A stretch of DNA of 64,000 bases from an uncultured Spirochaetota bacterium. Lineage in GTDB: Bacteria; Spirochaetota; UBA4802; UBA5550. Below are positions 21,119 to 31,393 of this stretch, one piece after another. The first letter of the stretch is position 1. Each line of letters begins with the position of its first letter. The notes under the pieces are model-generated. The model was given only the letters and a program-made list of their open reading frames with translations, had not been told where the DNA came from and did no database searches. The translations under genes were made by a program, and so were the position numbers. The stretch lies in NCBI GenBank assembly GCA_963827275.1, contig CAWHAA010000010.1, positions 352,001-416,000 of the forward strand. Direction: 5' to 3'.

Positions 21119-22255
21119 TTATTCGCACTCGTCGATGATGCGTGAGATGAAATTGATCTTCCGCAGCGGCACCATCCCCAGCAGGGACTGCGCATGCCGC
21201 GCGTCGCGCATCCGCTTTTCCTGGGGATAGTCCTTCATGTAGCCGTTCCCGCCGAAGAGCTGTACCCCGTCCGTGCAGGAGCGCGTGGCCATCTCGCCGA
21301 CATGGATCGCGGCCGCCTGGGCGCTCTTCTCCCACCCGCACACGCAGCAGTCCATCTCCTGGCAGGCCATCGCAATGCATGACTCGGCGATCTTCAATTC
21401 AATGGCCATGTTGGCCAGCATCATCCGTACCTGGCCCCAGTCAATTATCTGGCGCCCGCCCTGGTACCGCTCCGCCGTGTACTGCATCGCGTCCTGGAAC
21501 GAGCCGCGCATGATGCCGAGTGACATGGCTGCCGCGCATATGGCCATCCGGTCGCTCATAGCGCCGAAATAGTTCTGCCCCTCGCCCTGCTTCCCTATCA
21601 GCCGGGCCGGGACCTTTTCAATGGTGAGGTCAACCATCGGGCACCCGTGGAGACCGAGGCTCACTATCGGGGCCGATATCGTGACGCCCTTATCCTTCAG
21701 GTCGATAAGGTAGTACGAGTACGGCAGCCCCTCTTTTTTCACAACCGGGACAACGGCGTAGTCAGCGATATTCCCGAGCGCGCAGTTGCTTATTTTCGCG
21801 TAGAAAATCGTGCCCCCGTCCTTGCTCATGATCCCCGGGCTTATTTCCTCCGGGCTCGCGTACATGGGAAACGCGATCGGGGCCGTCCCGAGGGTCGTTA
21901 TCCCGGAATAGATGCCCGTGTCCCCGGTGCTCGCTGCCGCAGCGGCGATTACCTCCAGGGCCGCGGCGTTGGAGAATATGACCCCGGCCAGGCTCGCGTC
22001 AACCTCGCTGATCTTCTCGAGAATGACGGCCACCATGCCGGTGTTCATGTCCACGCCGCCGAAATCGACCGGCAGGTTGACGCCGTAAAATCCGACGATC
22101 CCCGCGTCCCTGATCGCGTCCCCGGAAAGCGGGGCGAACGGGTACCTGTCGTTCTCCTCCCGGTGCTCCACGAGCTTCTTGAGGCTTATATCCCTCGCCA
22201 GGTCGGCAAATGCCTGTCGTTCGGCCGCCATTGCATCAACATTTATTGCGTTCAT
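21119..22255 (-). CDS. Acyl-CoA dehydrogenase-family protein, degenerate active site
   Basis: ERYQGGRQI and VQLFGGNGYMKDYP...MRDA are present. TEPxAGSD and YEG motifs are absent. Confidence 0.8.
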   Translation of the reverse strand: MNAINVDAMAAERQAFADLARDISLKKLVEHREENDRYPFAPLSGDAIRDAGIVGFYGVNLPVDFGGVDMNTGMVAVILEKISEVDASLAGVIFSNAAALEVIAAAAASTGDTGIYSGITTLGTAPIAFPMYASPEEISPGIMSKDGGTIFYAKISNCALGNIADYAVVPVVKKEGLPYSYYLIDLKDKGVTISAPIVSLGLHGCPMVDLTIEKVPARLIGKQGEGQNYFGAMSDRMAICAAAMSLGIMRGSFQDAMQYTAERYQGGRQIIDWGQVRMMLANMAIELKIAESCIAMACQEMDCCVCGWEKSAQAAAIHVGEMATRSCTDGVQLFGGNGYMKDYPQEKRMRDARHAQSLLGMVPLRKINFISRIIDECE

Positions 22256-22276
22256 ACTATTCCCCCCGCTCAAATA

Positions 22277-23797
22277 TTATTTGAAGTATTCAACATCGGG
22301 ATAATTATTCCCGACCATGCAGTAAAACGCGTTCATCTGGTTCACCTGGTTCGTGCTCTCGTAGATCTGCTGGAGCTTCACGTCACGGAAGCACTTTTCC
22401 GCGCCATGGTCATGGCGCAGTCCGTCCGCTCCCATGAGGTCGAGCGCCAGGTTCGCGTTCACCAGGCCGTAGTCGCTGCAGGTATACTTGGCGAAGGACG
22501 CCCACCCGGAAGAGATGTTCCGCTCCTCGTCCGTATACCAGTCGCAGTAATATTTCCTGAATATATATGTTGCGATCCTGGACTTCAAAACCGGAAGCAT
22601 GAGGGTAAAGAACCATTTGGGCATGTACTTCATGTAATAATGGATCGGCTTCTTGTAAAGTATCTTGAATATGCCGCAGAGCATATCGGCATAGACGCTC
22701 TCCATGTAGACGTTCCGCGTCATGCACACGTTGCGGAACATGTCGGTAAGGATGATCTGGGCCCACTGGTGGTTGACCAGGAGCTCCCCCCCTACCCTTT
22801 TCCTGCGCGCGTAGTCCATGGCTATCTCGTACGCGCACCTCCCGATGCCCGTGGCGATCGCGCCGACGCCGGCCCGCGAAGCCGAAACGACGAAGTCCAT
22901 CATGGTGTGGACCACCCACTTCGGTCCCTTTTTCGAGTTTTTATAAAACGGCTCCCGGGCCCGTACGCTCACCCACTTGTCCGGCACAAACACGTCCTCG
23001 CATATAACCTCGTCAGCGGTGGAAGCCAGGGTCCCCATCTTCTTCTCGCTGGCGCCGAAGCTCAGGCCCTTGGTCCCGTTGGGGATGACGAACTGCGTCA
23101 GCGACGACGCGCGGTCGTTCTTGTCCTCCCACGAATGTATGAGGTGCCAGTAGGAGAGGCGGCTGTTGGAGATGAATACCTTTCTCGCATTCACCCTGTA
23201 GCCGCCCTTGACTTTCTCCATGGTGGAGGTCATGCGCCCCCTGTTGATAAGGATCGGCTCCTGGGCGTCAGAACCCGCGTCCGGCTCGGTTATGGTCAGG
23301 TCAACAAGATGGGGCTCTCCCTTCTTTTCGCTCTTCGCCACGTCGCGGAAAATCGTCTGTAATACCCGCATGTTCATCGACGGGAACACGGTCGCGGCCC
23401 CCAGGTAGTGGACGAATATCAGGTGACCGAGGCCGGAGCAGACCGATGCTATCTCTTCAATAAATGGATAGAGGCCCATGAAATGAATGTTCTGTCCGCC
23501 GAACAGCTTGGGGACGAAAAGCGTAAAAAAACGCCATTCCCCCGCCTTCTTGATGATATCAGTAGAGAGGAAGTCATGGTCCTCCATGTGCTTGAGGTCA
23601 CGATCAAGGTACATCGGCCGCAGGACCTCGTTGTTGAATTTCCTGGCGATGGCGATCGCCTTTTCAATGTCCTTGTGGACGCCCTTCGCGATCCGGTGAT
23701 GGATTTCTATGCTGTTATAGACTTCTTCCATGCGAGGGCCCTGTGCGAGCAGGGCGTTCTTTTCTGCTCGGCTCATTTTCCAAGGTTTCATCATCAA
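22277..23797 (-). CDS. Acyl-CoA dehydrogenase
   Basis: TITEPDAGSD, KVFISN, EKKMG and RDVKLQQIYESTNQ. Confidence 0.9.
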   Translation of the reverse strand: MMMKPWKMSRAEKNALLAQGPRMEEVYNSIEIHHRIAKGVHKDIEKAIAIARKFNNEVLRPMYLDRDLKHMEDHDFLSTDIIKKAGEWRFFTLFVPKLFGGQNIHFMGLYPFIEEIASVCSGLGHLIFVHYLGAATVFPSMNMRVLQTIFRDVAKSEKKGEPHLVDLTITEPDAGSDAQEPILINRGRMTSTMEKVKGGYRVNARKVFISNSRLSYWHLIHSWEDKNDRASSLTQFVIPNGTKGLSFGASEKKMGTLASTADEVICEDVFVPDKWVSVRAREPFYKNSKKGPKWVVHTMMDFVVSASRAGVGAIATGIGRCAYEIAMDYARRKRVGGELLVNHQWAQIILTDMFRNVCMTRNVYMESVYADMLCGIFKILYKKPIHYYMKYMPKWFFTLMLPVLKSRIATYIFRKYYCDWYTDEERNISSGWASFAKYTCSDYGLVNANLALDLMGADGLRHDHGAEKCFRDVKLQQIYESTNQVNQMNAFYCMVGNNYPDVEYFK

Positions 23798-23914
23798 TCC
23801 TCCCCTCTCTTTTTAAAAAAATTTACCGGATAGCCGGTCTGAAAATTTCTTGTTACAACTTCAATCAGGCCATACCGTAAAGCATACTTCACCCCTGACC
23901 CCCTGACTACTCCT

Positions 23915-25627
23915 TTACGAAACTTTTGATTCAGAGATATACGTGTTTTTCTGCGAATCGAACGTCCCGGGCACAACCCCCAGCTTTTCGAGTTCCTTCT
24001 TGATGATCCGCTGCGTCTCGGTCTTGGGGAACTCCGTGACGATCTTCACGAAACGGGGCACCGCGAACCTGGGCAGGTCCTCCTTCAGTGCCTCTACCAG
24101 GTCCGCTTCTTTCAGCTTCTGCCCTTCGACAAGGAGCACGCTCGCCATTATCTCATCTTCGGCAAGCTCGGACGGCACCGCGTACACTGCCGCTTCGACG
24201 ATGGCCGGGTGCTTCTGGATGGTGTGCTCCACCTCGTAGGCGGACACGTTTTCGCCCTTGATGCGCATGAACTCGGCGTTGCGCCCGACAAAGTAGAGAT
24301 AGCCCTTCCTGTCGCGCCGCACCAGGTCGCCGGTGTATATCCAGCCGTTGCGAAGCTTGTCGTTGGTGGCCTTGTCGTTCTTAAAATACTCGACTGACTT
24401 TTTCTTCCCTTTCGATTCGAAGATCAGCTCGCCCGGCGTGCCGTCCGGCACGTCGTTGCCGTCCTTGTCGACCAGGCGGTACACCACGCCCGGGCTCGGT
24501 TTGCCGATCGAGCCGATGGGAGCGTTGCCCAGGTTCATGATGCTCTTGCCGCCGCCGTCCACCGAGCCGTAGCCTTCGTAAATGGTGATGCCGAACCGCT
24601 TTTCGAACCTGGGCCACTCGTCGGCCGGGCAGGCCGCGGACAGGGTGAAGCGCACCTTGTTGTCGCGGTCATTCTCCTTCGGGGGCTGCTTCATGAGTAT
24701 CGGGATCATCGCGCCAATCGTGTTAAACGCGGTCGCGTTGTATCTGCGGATCTCGTCCCAGAACCTGCTCGCGGAGAATTTCCGCGACAGCGCCACGCTG
24801 CAGCCGCGGTGCATGGCCACCGTGCAGGTGGTCCAGAGCGCGTTGCCGTGGAACAGGGGAAGGCAGGTATAGAGGATATCCGATTTTTTGTACATCGAAT
24901 AGGCCACGACGGACAGTAACTTTACCGTGGTTTTGCCGTACCGGTACATGACGCCCTTGGGAAGCCCGGTGGTTCCGGACGTGTAGAGGATAAAGCATTT
25001 ATCCTCCTTTCCGTATTCACCCTCCGGCTTTTTCGGCGACTGGAGACAGGCCTCCGCCATCGGGACCATGCCCCCGGGGAGCGTCTTTTTCGCGGAAGAA
25101 TCCGCACGGTTGACGATCACGGTCTTGACCTTCTCCAGCCTGTCGGCGATCTTCTGGTACGCATCGAGGAACTCCTCGTCGATAACCACGTACTCGGCGT
25201 CGCTGTGGTTCAGGATATACAGGAGGCTGTCGCCGCGCAGCGACGTGTTGATCGGGACCAGGTACATCCCGAGCTTCTGCGGCCCCATGAAAAAATCAAG
25301 GTACTGGGGGCAGTTCCCCATGATGATGGCAAGTCCCTTGCCCCTCCCTCCGCCGAGGCCCTTCAGAAAATTGGCGGCCCGGTTCGCGTTCTCGTCCATC
25401 TGCCGGTACGTGAAGGTCCTGTCCTCGAAATAGAGATAGGTGCGGTCCGGGAACTTTTTCGCTTTCTCCTCTATCAGCTCCGCCCATGACATGTCTTCCA
25501 CGAACTCCAGCCGTTTCATGCTTTTCAGGTTGGCCCCCAGGGTGCCGCGCTGCCACTCGTCACGAAGGAGGCATAACACTCCTTTTCCCAGTTTCAGGAC
25601 TATCTTTATGCTTGCAAACAGGTACAT
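23915..25627 (-). CDS. AMP-dependent acyl-CoA ligase (CaiC-like)
   Basis: YTSGTTGLPKGV, LPLFHGNA, EGYGS, YTGD, GENVSAYEVE and PKTETQRI. Confidence 0.92.
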   Translation of the reverse strand: MYLFASIKIVLKLGKGVLCLLRDEWQRGTLGANLKSMKRLEFVEDMSWAELIEEKAKKFPDRTYLYFEDRTFTYRQMDENANRAANFLKGLGGGRGKGLAIIMGNCPQYLDFFMGPQKLGMYLVPINTSLRGDSLLYILNHSDAEYVVIDEEFLDAYQKIADRLEKVKTVIVNRADSSAKKTLPGGMVPMAEACLQSPKKPEGEYGKEDKCFILYTSGTTGLPKGVMYRYGKTTVKLLSVVAYSMYKKSDILYTCLPLFHGNALWTTCTVAMHRGCSVALSRKFSASRFWDEIRRYNATAFNTIGAMIPILMKQPPKENDRDNKVRFTLSAACPADEWPRFEKRFGITIYEGYGSVDGGGKSIMNLGNAPIGSIGKPSPGVVYRLVDKDGNDVPDGTPGELIFESKGKKKSVEYFKNDKATNDKLRNGWIYTGDLVRRDRKGYLYFVGRNAEFMRIKGENVSAYEVEHTIQKHPAIVEAAVYAVPSELAEDEIMASVLLVEGQKLKEADLVEALKEDLPRFAVPRFVKIVTEFPKTETQRIIKKELEKLGVVPGTFDSQKNTYISESKVS

Positions 25628-26027
25628 GGCAAATCCTCTTGATGAACGTGAATATTACCCTACTTTTTCGGCTTCTTCAGGAGTTCAATGAAACGCCTCA
25701 CCCGGGTCCATTGTATCCTTTTAATTATACGGCTACAACTATAAACTTCCCGTCGTTTCGGCTGCAGGGGTAGTATATGCATTATTTATATTTATAGTCT
25801 TCAACAATACGGAGGTTGAATGTAAAAACTCAAATATGTATAATGATTAATGGTTCAGTACTGTAGAATTCATATCGAAACAATATACATTGAATAAAAT
25901 ATTGCTTGAATATTCATTACTATCGATCAAAAATCCGTCTACAGGGGCCGCAGTTTACATATCGTTATTATTCAAATTTGAATTTCTTGCGTGAACCCAT
26001 TAATTTTAACAGAAAGAATGGATAATT

Positions 26028-27683
26028 TTGAAATTAAATGCAACAATCATACCCGCACTCATTCTTTTACTGGTAACGGCCGGTTCCTGCGGGGGGACCG
26101 GCGCGACTACTTCTGATTTCATTGATTTATCCGGAAAATGGAAAATCATTGAAGCCGGGGACAACGCGCCCGCCGCCCGGGGTTACAACGACAGCATGGC
26201 GGAAGAAATAACCATCCCCGGCGACTGGAAGCATATCCTTGAAAAAAATGACGACCTCACCGCCACTCTGTGGATACGGAAAAAATTTGTCATAAACAAG
26301 GACTTTCAGAAGGACCTCTCTGACAGGATGTTACTGCTTTCCCTGGGCAATATCGCGGTCTCTGACAAAACATATGTCAACGGATCGCTGATCGGCAGCA
26401 CCGGGAGCTTCCCGGAAAAAGAAAAGCCCCTCGCCTACCGGTCCGGATGGCACAAGGAGCGCAACTACCAGTTCAATTCGTCCCTGCTGCATCCTGACGG
26501 GGAGAACGTCGTGGCAATCAGGGTATTCTCCCACTACATCAACGGGATGACGCGGGGGCCGGTCATGTCCACGAAAGAAAAGTGGCAGGAACGGGTATGG
26601 CTCAGGGAATACCTGCCTCCCCTGAACAATTTTTACCCGATCATACTCACTGCCATACTTGCCATTTTACTGTTCATAACCCTGAAAGGCGAGCTTCCCG
26701 GCAATTTTTCCCTGTTTTCCATGGTCCTGATTCTCTGCGTCTCTTTCATTGACATGCTCATGCTGGGGATCCCTTCGTTCGACAACAACATATACCGCTT
26801 CAAGCTGTTCATTGGATTATACGTGTGCATCGATTTTATTCTCGTCCTTCTGCTCCAGGAATTCTTCAAGATCACGCTCAGGAAGGTCACCATTGCCCTG
26901 TCGCTGATGCTCGCCGCCGGCATCGCGCTTATCGCGTACGCGCCCTCGATGAAATTCCTTGTCTCCCGCTGCTACCCGATAATGTCGGCACTTATAATAA
27001 TCTACGTGCTGTACGCGACCGGCATATTCCTGGCGGCCCTGTACAGGGACCCGAGACGGTTCTGGTACCTGTCCATCATCGCGGTGTTCATCATACTCTC
27101 GGCGGCCGACACGCTCTACAACGTCATCACCAACCAGTTTTACAAGATATCGTTCATCTTCACCCTGCGCCTTCCGTTCATCCTGCTCGGCGGGGCGATC
27201 GTGTACCTGTTCGACATACACAATCTCATCAGGGAAAACGGGTCGCTGGCCAGCGCGCTGCTCGACAAGACAAAGGAGCTCCAGCGCACGAAAAAACTGG
27301 TGGCGAAGATAGAGATCAAGCCGGAGCCGCGGGACATCATCCACGACGTCGTCGAATACCTGGACAACAATTTCAACGAGACCTACGACCGGAAAAAACT
27401 GGCGGAAAAATTCGGCCTGAACGAAGACTACATGTGCAACCTGTTCCGGAAGGTGACCGACACGAACATCGCGAACTACATAAACATGCGGAGGATAGAG
27501 GCGGCCAGGCAGCTCTTAAAGGAGACCGACAGCAAGGTCATCGATATCGCCTTCCACGTGGGGTTCGACAACCTCACCTATTTTTACCGTCACTTCAAAA
27601 AGCACACCGGCTACTCGCCGATCGAGTACAGGAGCATGGTGCGGGAGAACGCGATCCCGATCCCGATCGACGACGAGATCTGA
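26028..27683 (+). CDS. Membrane-anchored AraC regulator: extracellular jelly-roll (glycosidase sugar-binding-like) domain, multi-TM region and AraC HTH
   Basis: IDLSGKWK, YVNGSLIGSTG, GENVVAIRV, about 7 hydrophobic helices and RIEAARQLL...IAFHVGFDNLTYFYRHFKKHTGYSP. Confidence 0.85.
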   Translation: MKLNATIIPALILLLVTAGSCGGTGATTSDFIDLSGKWKIIEAGDNAPAARGYNDSMAEEITIPGDWKHILEKNDDLTATLWIRKKFVINKDFQKDLSDRMLLLSLGNIAVSDKTYVNGSLIGSTGSFPEKEKPLAYRSGWHKERNYQFNSSLLHPDGENVVAIRVFSHYINGMTRGPVMSTKEKWQERVWLREYLPPLNNFYPIILTAILAILLFITLKGELPGNFSLFSMVLILCVSFIDMLMLGIPSFDNNIYRFKLFIGLYVCIDFILVLLLQEFFKITLRKVTIALSLMLAAGIALIAYAPSMKFLVSRCYPIMSALIIIYVLYATGIFLAALYRDPRRFWYLSIIAVFIILSAADTLYNVITNQFYKISFIFTLRLPFILLGGAIVYLFDIHNLIRENGSLASALLDKTKELQRTKKLVAKIEIKPEPRDIIHDVVEYLDNNFNETYDRKKLAEKFGLNEDYMCNLFRKVTDTNIANYINMRRIEAARQLLKETDSKVIDIAFHVGFDNLTYFYRHFKKHTGYSPIEYRSMVRENAIPIPIDDEI

Positions 27684-27741
27684 ACGCTCCCGGCCGGCGA
27701 CCGGCCGTGCGGCATTACCCCCCGCCCGCAGGATAACGGCG

Positions 27742-28716
27742 CTATTTCAGCCTGAACGGCCCGCTCTCGTCAAACTCCAGCTTCATCGGCTCGGTCTTCA
27801 CCTCGTCCGGGAACTTGATGCTCGAATACCCCTTCATCTGGTAACGTCCCTCGCGGTTGTTCAGCATGTTTATCACGGCCTTGCCCAGGGCCTTTGAGCT
27901 GAAGGTGTTGGCGATGCGGATGGTGGACCTGTTCCCCTCATTGCGGACGTCGCCCGTCGTTCCGTTCAGGACCTTCGCGTCGCTGACCATGAAGCTATAC
28001 GTCATGTCCCTGCAGGCAAGCTGCGCCTTCGTGTTGTTCTTCACCTCGACGTCGAAGCTCAGGCGTATCGGGATGTCAAGCGAGGTCAGGTCGAGCGCCG
28101 GGGTCGGGTCTTTCCCCGATATAAGTCCGTCGATCACGTTGAATATCTTCACCGGGTCGAGGTTCTTCTTCCCGGTTTCGACGAGCGAACGCCTGATCTC
28201 ATCCACGGTGGGCGCCTTCACCTCGAGGTTCGCCACCCTGAAGGTGGGCTTCAGCGCCGGTATCTTCTTCTGGACGGTATAATCGAACGTGATATTCTTC
28301 TTGATGGACTGCACCGCCGCGGGGAGCGGGATCACGATATCGATGTCCACCGCGCAATTGAGGTAGTCGCGGTCCACGTAGTCCTTGATGATGCGGATGA
28401 TGTCCGCGTAGACCAGGGTCACCTTGACCGACGTCGTCTCGCTCCCCCCCGCCTTGACCGTCACGCCCTTTTTTGTCCTTGTCTTCAGGAGCTGGTTCTC
28501 TTCGACGCGGACATTGAAGCCGATGTCTTCGAGCGTGAAGCCGATCGGATAGGGATTGGTCAATTCGAAATCGAACAGGAAGGTGATGTCCTTCAGGCTG
28601 ATGGCTTCTATGTCGAACTTCTTGAGGCTCACCTCCGGCTTTTTGCCTATGAGGTTTTGCAGCGCCGCGCAGGAAAAAAAGAGCGGCAGCACCAGCAGGA
28701 CGATCAGCTTTTTCAT
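27742..28716 (-). CDS. Lipoprotein with LEA_2/WHy-like domains
   Basis: Lipobox FFSC, KPEVSL...NPYP motif and a second related domain (EVKNN). Confidence 0.7.
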   Translation of the reverse strand: MKKLIVLLVLPLFFSCAALQNLIGKKPEVSLKKFDIEAISLKDITFLFDFELTNPYPIGFTLEDIGFNVRVEENQLLKTRTKKGVTVKAGGSETTSVKVTLVYADIIRIIKDYVDRDYLNCAVDIDIVIPLPAAVQSIKKNITFDYTVQKKIPALKPTFRVANLEVKAPTVDEIRRSLVETGKKNLDPVKIFNVIDGLISGKDPTPALDLTSLDIPIRLSFDVEVKNNTKAQLACRDMTYSFMVSDAKVLNGTTGDVRNEGNRSTIRIANTFSSKALGKAVINMLNNREGRYQMKGYSSIKFPDEVKTEPMKLEFDESGPFRLK

Positions 28717-28749
28717 ATACTCCCCCTTTATCGATACATTGCGGCGCGG

Positions 28750-29670
28750 TTAAAACCTGAAGCCCACGTTAAAGGTAAGCCCGTACATATGGTCCCAGTA
28801 GCCGGTCAGCCAGCCGTCCCGGTGGGTCAGGTCCAGGACCGAGGCGTCATTGCCAAGCGACACGCACACGACGCCGACCCACCTGAACCCGATCCCGATC
28901 AGCATGTGCGCCTGCTCGATGTAGTAGGAGACGCCGATGTCCGTGTCAAAGCCGAAGCCGAGCAGGTCCCCGTCGTACTCGAACGGCATCAGGTACGGGA
29001 GGCCATTCGGCCGATACAAGCTTGCGCTCCAGGTAGTTGTTCCCGCCGTTAAACAGGCCATTTACGTCGAGATAGACGGTGAACCCCTTTATCGTATAGT
29101 TGAAGCCGACGCCGAGCTCCGGCCCGACCTGCCACAGGTGGTACTTGTCGTTTCCAAAATTCAAATCCAGCGGCAGATACAGATGGAACCGGGACCCCTC
29201 CCCGCCGCCATAGCTGAACCGCGCCCCGAAATTGAAATTAAAGAAATCATTCAACCGCTTCGCGACCTTCAGGTCAGCGTCATAGCGGCGGGCAGACGAG
29301 TCACCGACCATTATGTACGGCGAGAAAGGAAGGCCGGGACAATATTCCACACTGTCGCGTTCCATATGAACGATGAATATTCCAGGGTATTCTTGGTGAC
29401 CCCGAAAAGCACGGAGAGGTTCACCTTCCATTCCTCAGTATAAATGCCCAGCTCCGGGCCCAGCATGAGGGACCCGTCCTTGTCGTTTTTCAGATTATAC
29501 CCGGCCATCTTGCACGGCTCGCCGTAATGGAGCCTCTGGAACGCCGGCTTCCACATGTCATACATGCCGTTGACCCCTATCCCCACCTCCACCGCGTGCG
29601 AGGGAGCGGGTGCGGCCGCGCCGTACAGGATGGCGGCAAGGGACAGGCAGGCGATTGTTGATTTTTTCAA
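28750..29670 (-). CDS. Outer-membrane beta-barrel protein split by two frameshifts (about 29325 and 29010)
   Basis: Signal peptide in frame 29311..29670, beta-strands in 28946..29431 and C-terminal beta-signal YGLTFNVGFRF in 28750..29061. RBS GGAGG before TTG. Confidence 0.65.
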
Positions 29671-29797
29671 AGGTGACCTCCTTCTGCGTCGGGGTAATAA
29701 TTAATTATTGCCGCCCTATACTACTCCACCCGGCCGCGCCTGTCCATATTTTTTTTTACTTGCCGCCCGGGGCCCCGCGATGAACAATTGATGCACC

Positions 29798-31021
29798 ATG
29801 ACCCGACCATCACACAAACGCCCCGAAATCGTGGCCCCCGCCGGCAACCTGGAAAAACTGAAGTTCGCGGTCCTCTACGGCGCTGACGCGGTCTATTTCG
29901 GCGGGGAGGCCCACAACCTCCGGATACAGTCCGACAATTTTACCCGCGATGACATCCGTGAGGCCCTCGGCTTCTGCCGCGAGCATGGCGCGAAGGCCGT
30001 CTTCCTGATGAACTCGTTCCTGCACGAAAAGGAGATACCCGCTGCAGAACGGTATATCTCGAACATGCGGGAGTTTTCCTTCGACGCGGTCATGGTCTCC
30101 GACCCGGGCATGATGGCGCTTATAAAAGACTCGGGGATGACCTGCCAGGTGCACCTGTCGACCCAGATGTCCACGCTGAACCACCTGGCGGTGCGCTTCT
30201 GGCACCGGGCCGGCGTGGACCGGATCGTGCTGGCACGCGAGGCCACGGTCGAAGAGATACGGATGATACGGGACAACACGGACGCCGAGATCGAGGTGTT
30301 CGTCCACGGCGCGCTCTGCATCGCCTATTCGGGGCGCTGCCTCCTGTCGCGCTACCTGGCCGGCCGCGACGCGAACCGGGGCGACTGCGCGCAGGCGTGC
30401 CGGTGGCGCTACTCCCTCGTGGAGGAGAAGCGGCCGGGGGGCCATATCGACATACAGGAGCACGCGGCGGGCACCGAGCTCCTGTCGTCAAAGGACCTCT
30501 GCCTTGTTGACCGCCTTGGCGAGTATATCGACGCGGGCGTGGACGCCTTCAAGATCGAGGGAAGGATGAAGTCCGTCTATTACACGGCGAACACCGCGCG
30601 CATCTACCGCCACGCGGCCGGGTGCGCCGGCACGCCCGGATTCGAAGCGAACCTCCCCTTCTACCGGGAGGAGCTCGACCTGGTGAGCCACCGCCCCTAC
30701 ACCGCCGACCTGTTCAACGAATTTGAGGGCGGCGGGTTCACGCCCATCCCCTATATAAAAAAGGCGATGTTCCTTGGGTACCGTTCCGGCGCGTCCCGCG
30801 ACGGCGCCGCGCTCGTGAAGACCAGCAACCCGATACGACTGAACGAAACGGTGGAGGCGATCTTCCCGATACAGGGGACTATACGGGACGGCAGCTTCGT
30901 CGTGAAGGAGATCCGCGACGGCGAAGGCGCGAGCGTTGACCTGGCGCGGCCCAACGCCCTGTACCGTATCACCTTCGACCGCGAGCTCGGCGAGGGGGCG
31001 ATTCTGCGGAAGAGGTTCTGA
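29798..31021 (+). CDS. Peptidase U32 family Fe-S protein (TrhP-like tRNA hydroxylase)
   Basis: APAGN, GADAVYFG, HLSTQ, EVFVHGALCIAYSGRCLLS, RGDCAQACR and KIEGRMKS. Confidence 0.88.
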   Translation: MTRPSHKRPEIVAPAGNLEKLKFAVLYGADAVYFGGEAHNLRIQSDNFTRDDIREALGFCREHGAKAVFLMNSFLHEKEIPAAERYISNMREFSFDAVMVSDPGMMALIKDSGMTCQVHLSTQMSTLNHLAVRFWHRAGVDRIVLAREATVEEIRMIRDNTDAEIEVFVHGALCIAYSGRCLLSRYLAGRDANRGDCAQACRWRYSLVEEKRPGGHIDIQEHAAGTELLSSKDLCLVDRLGEYIDAGVDAFKIEGRMKSVYYTANTARIYRHAAGCAGTPGFEANLPFYREELDLVSHRPYTADLFNEFEGGGFTPIPYIKKAMFLGYRSGASRDGAALVKTSNPIRLNETVEAIFPIQGTIRDGSFVVKEIRDGEGASVDLARPNALYRITFDRELGEGAILRKRF

Positions 31022-31034
31022 TACATATGTACGG

Positions 31035-31194
31035 CGGACCGGAGTCATCCCGCTCGTCCGCCTCGTATGCCTCGACAAGCTCGGCAACCGTTGAAAGTTT
31101 CCTGACGAAAGTAGCGTTGACGGTTAGTGAGCCTGTCGAACTACGGCGGAACCGGCGACATCCTGTCGCCTGCTCCCGGGAGAACTCCCGGTCC
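31035..31194. repeat. Nested imperfect inverted repeat, REP/MITE-like
   Basis: Outer arms CGGACCGGAGTCATCCCG / CGGGAGAACTCCCGGTCCG. Inner arms TCGACAAGCTCGGCAACCG / CGGTTAGTGAGCCTGTCGA. Confidence 0.6.
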
Positions 31195-31393
31195 GGTATA
31201 TATAAAATAATAAAACTACCACTGTAGTACTCTTGACAAAATAGAGTGATATAACTATTAATTGTTTCACCCCTCAAGCCCTCACCTCCCCCTGAATGGG
31301 GGATATGGCCGACTTGCCCTGAGCTTGTCGAAGGGAGGCCGGAGGGGGCACTCCCCAGACAGGGAGCAAGACGATACCACAATTGAGGACATT

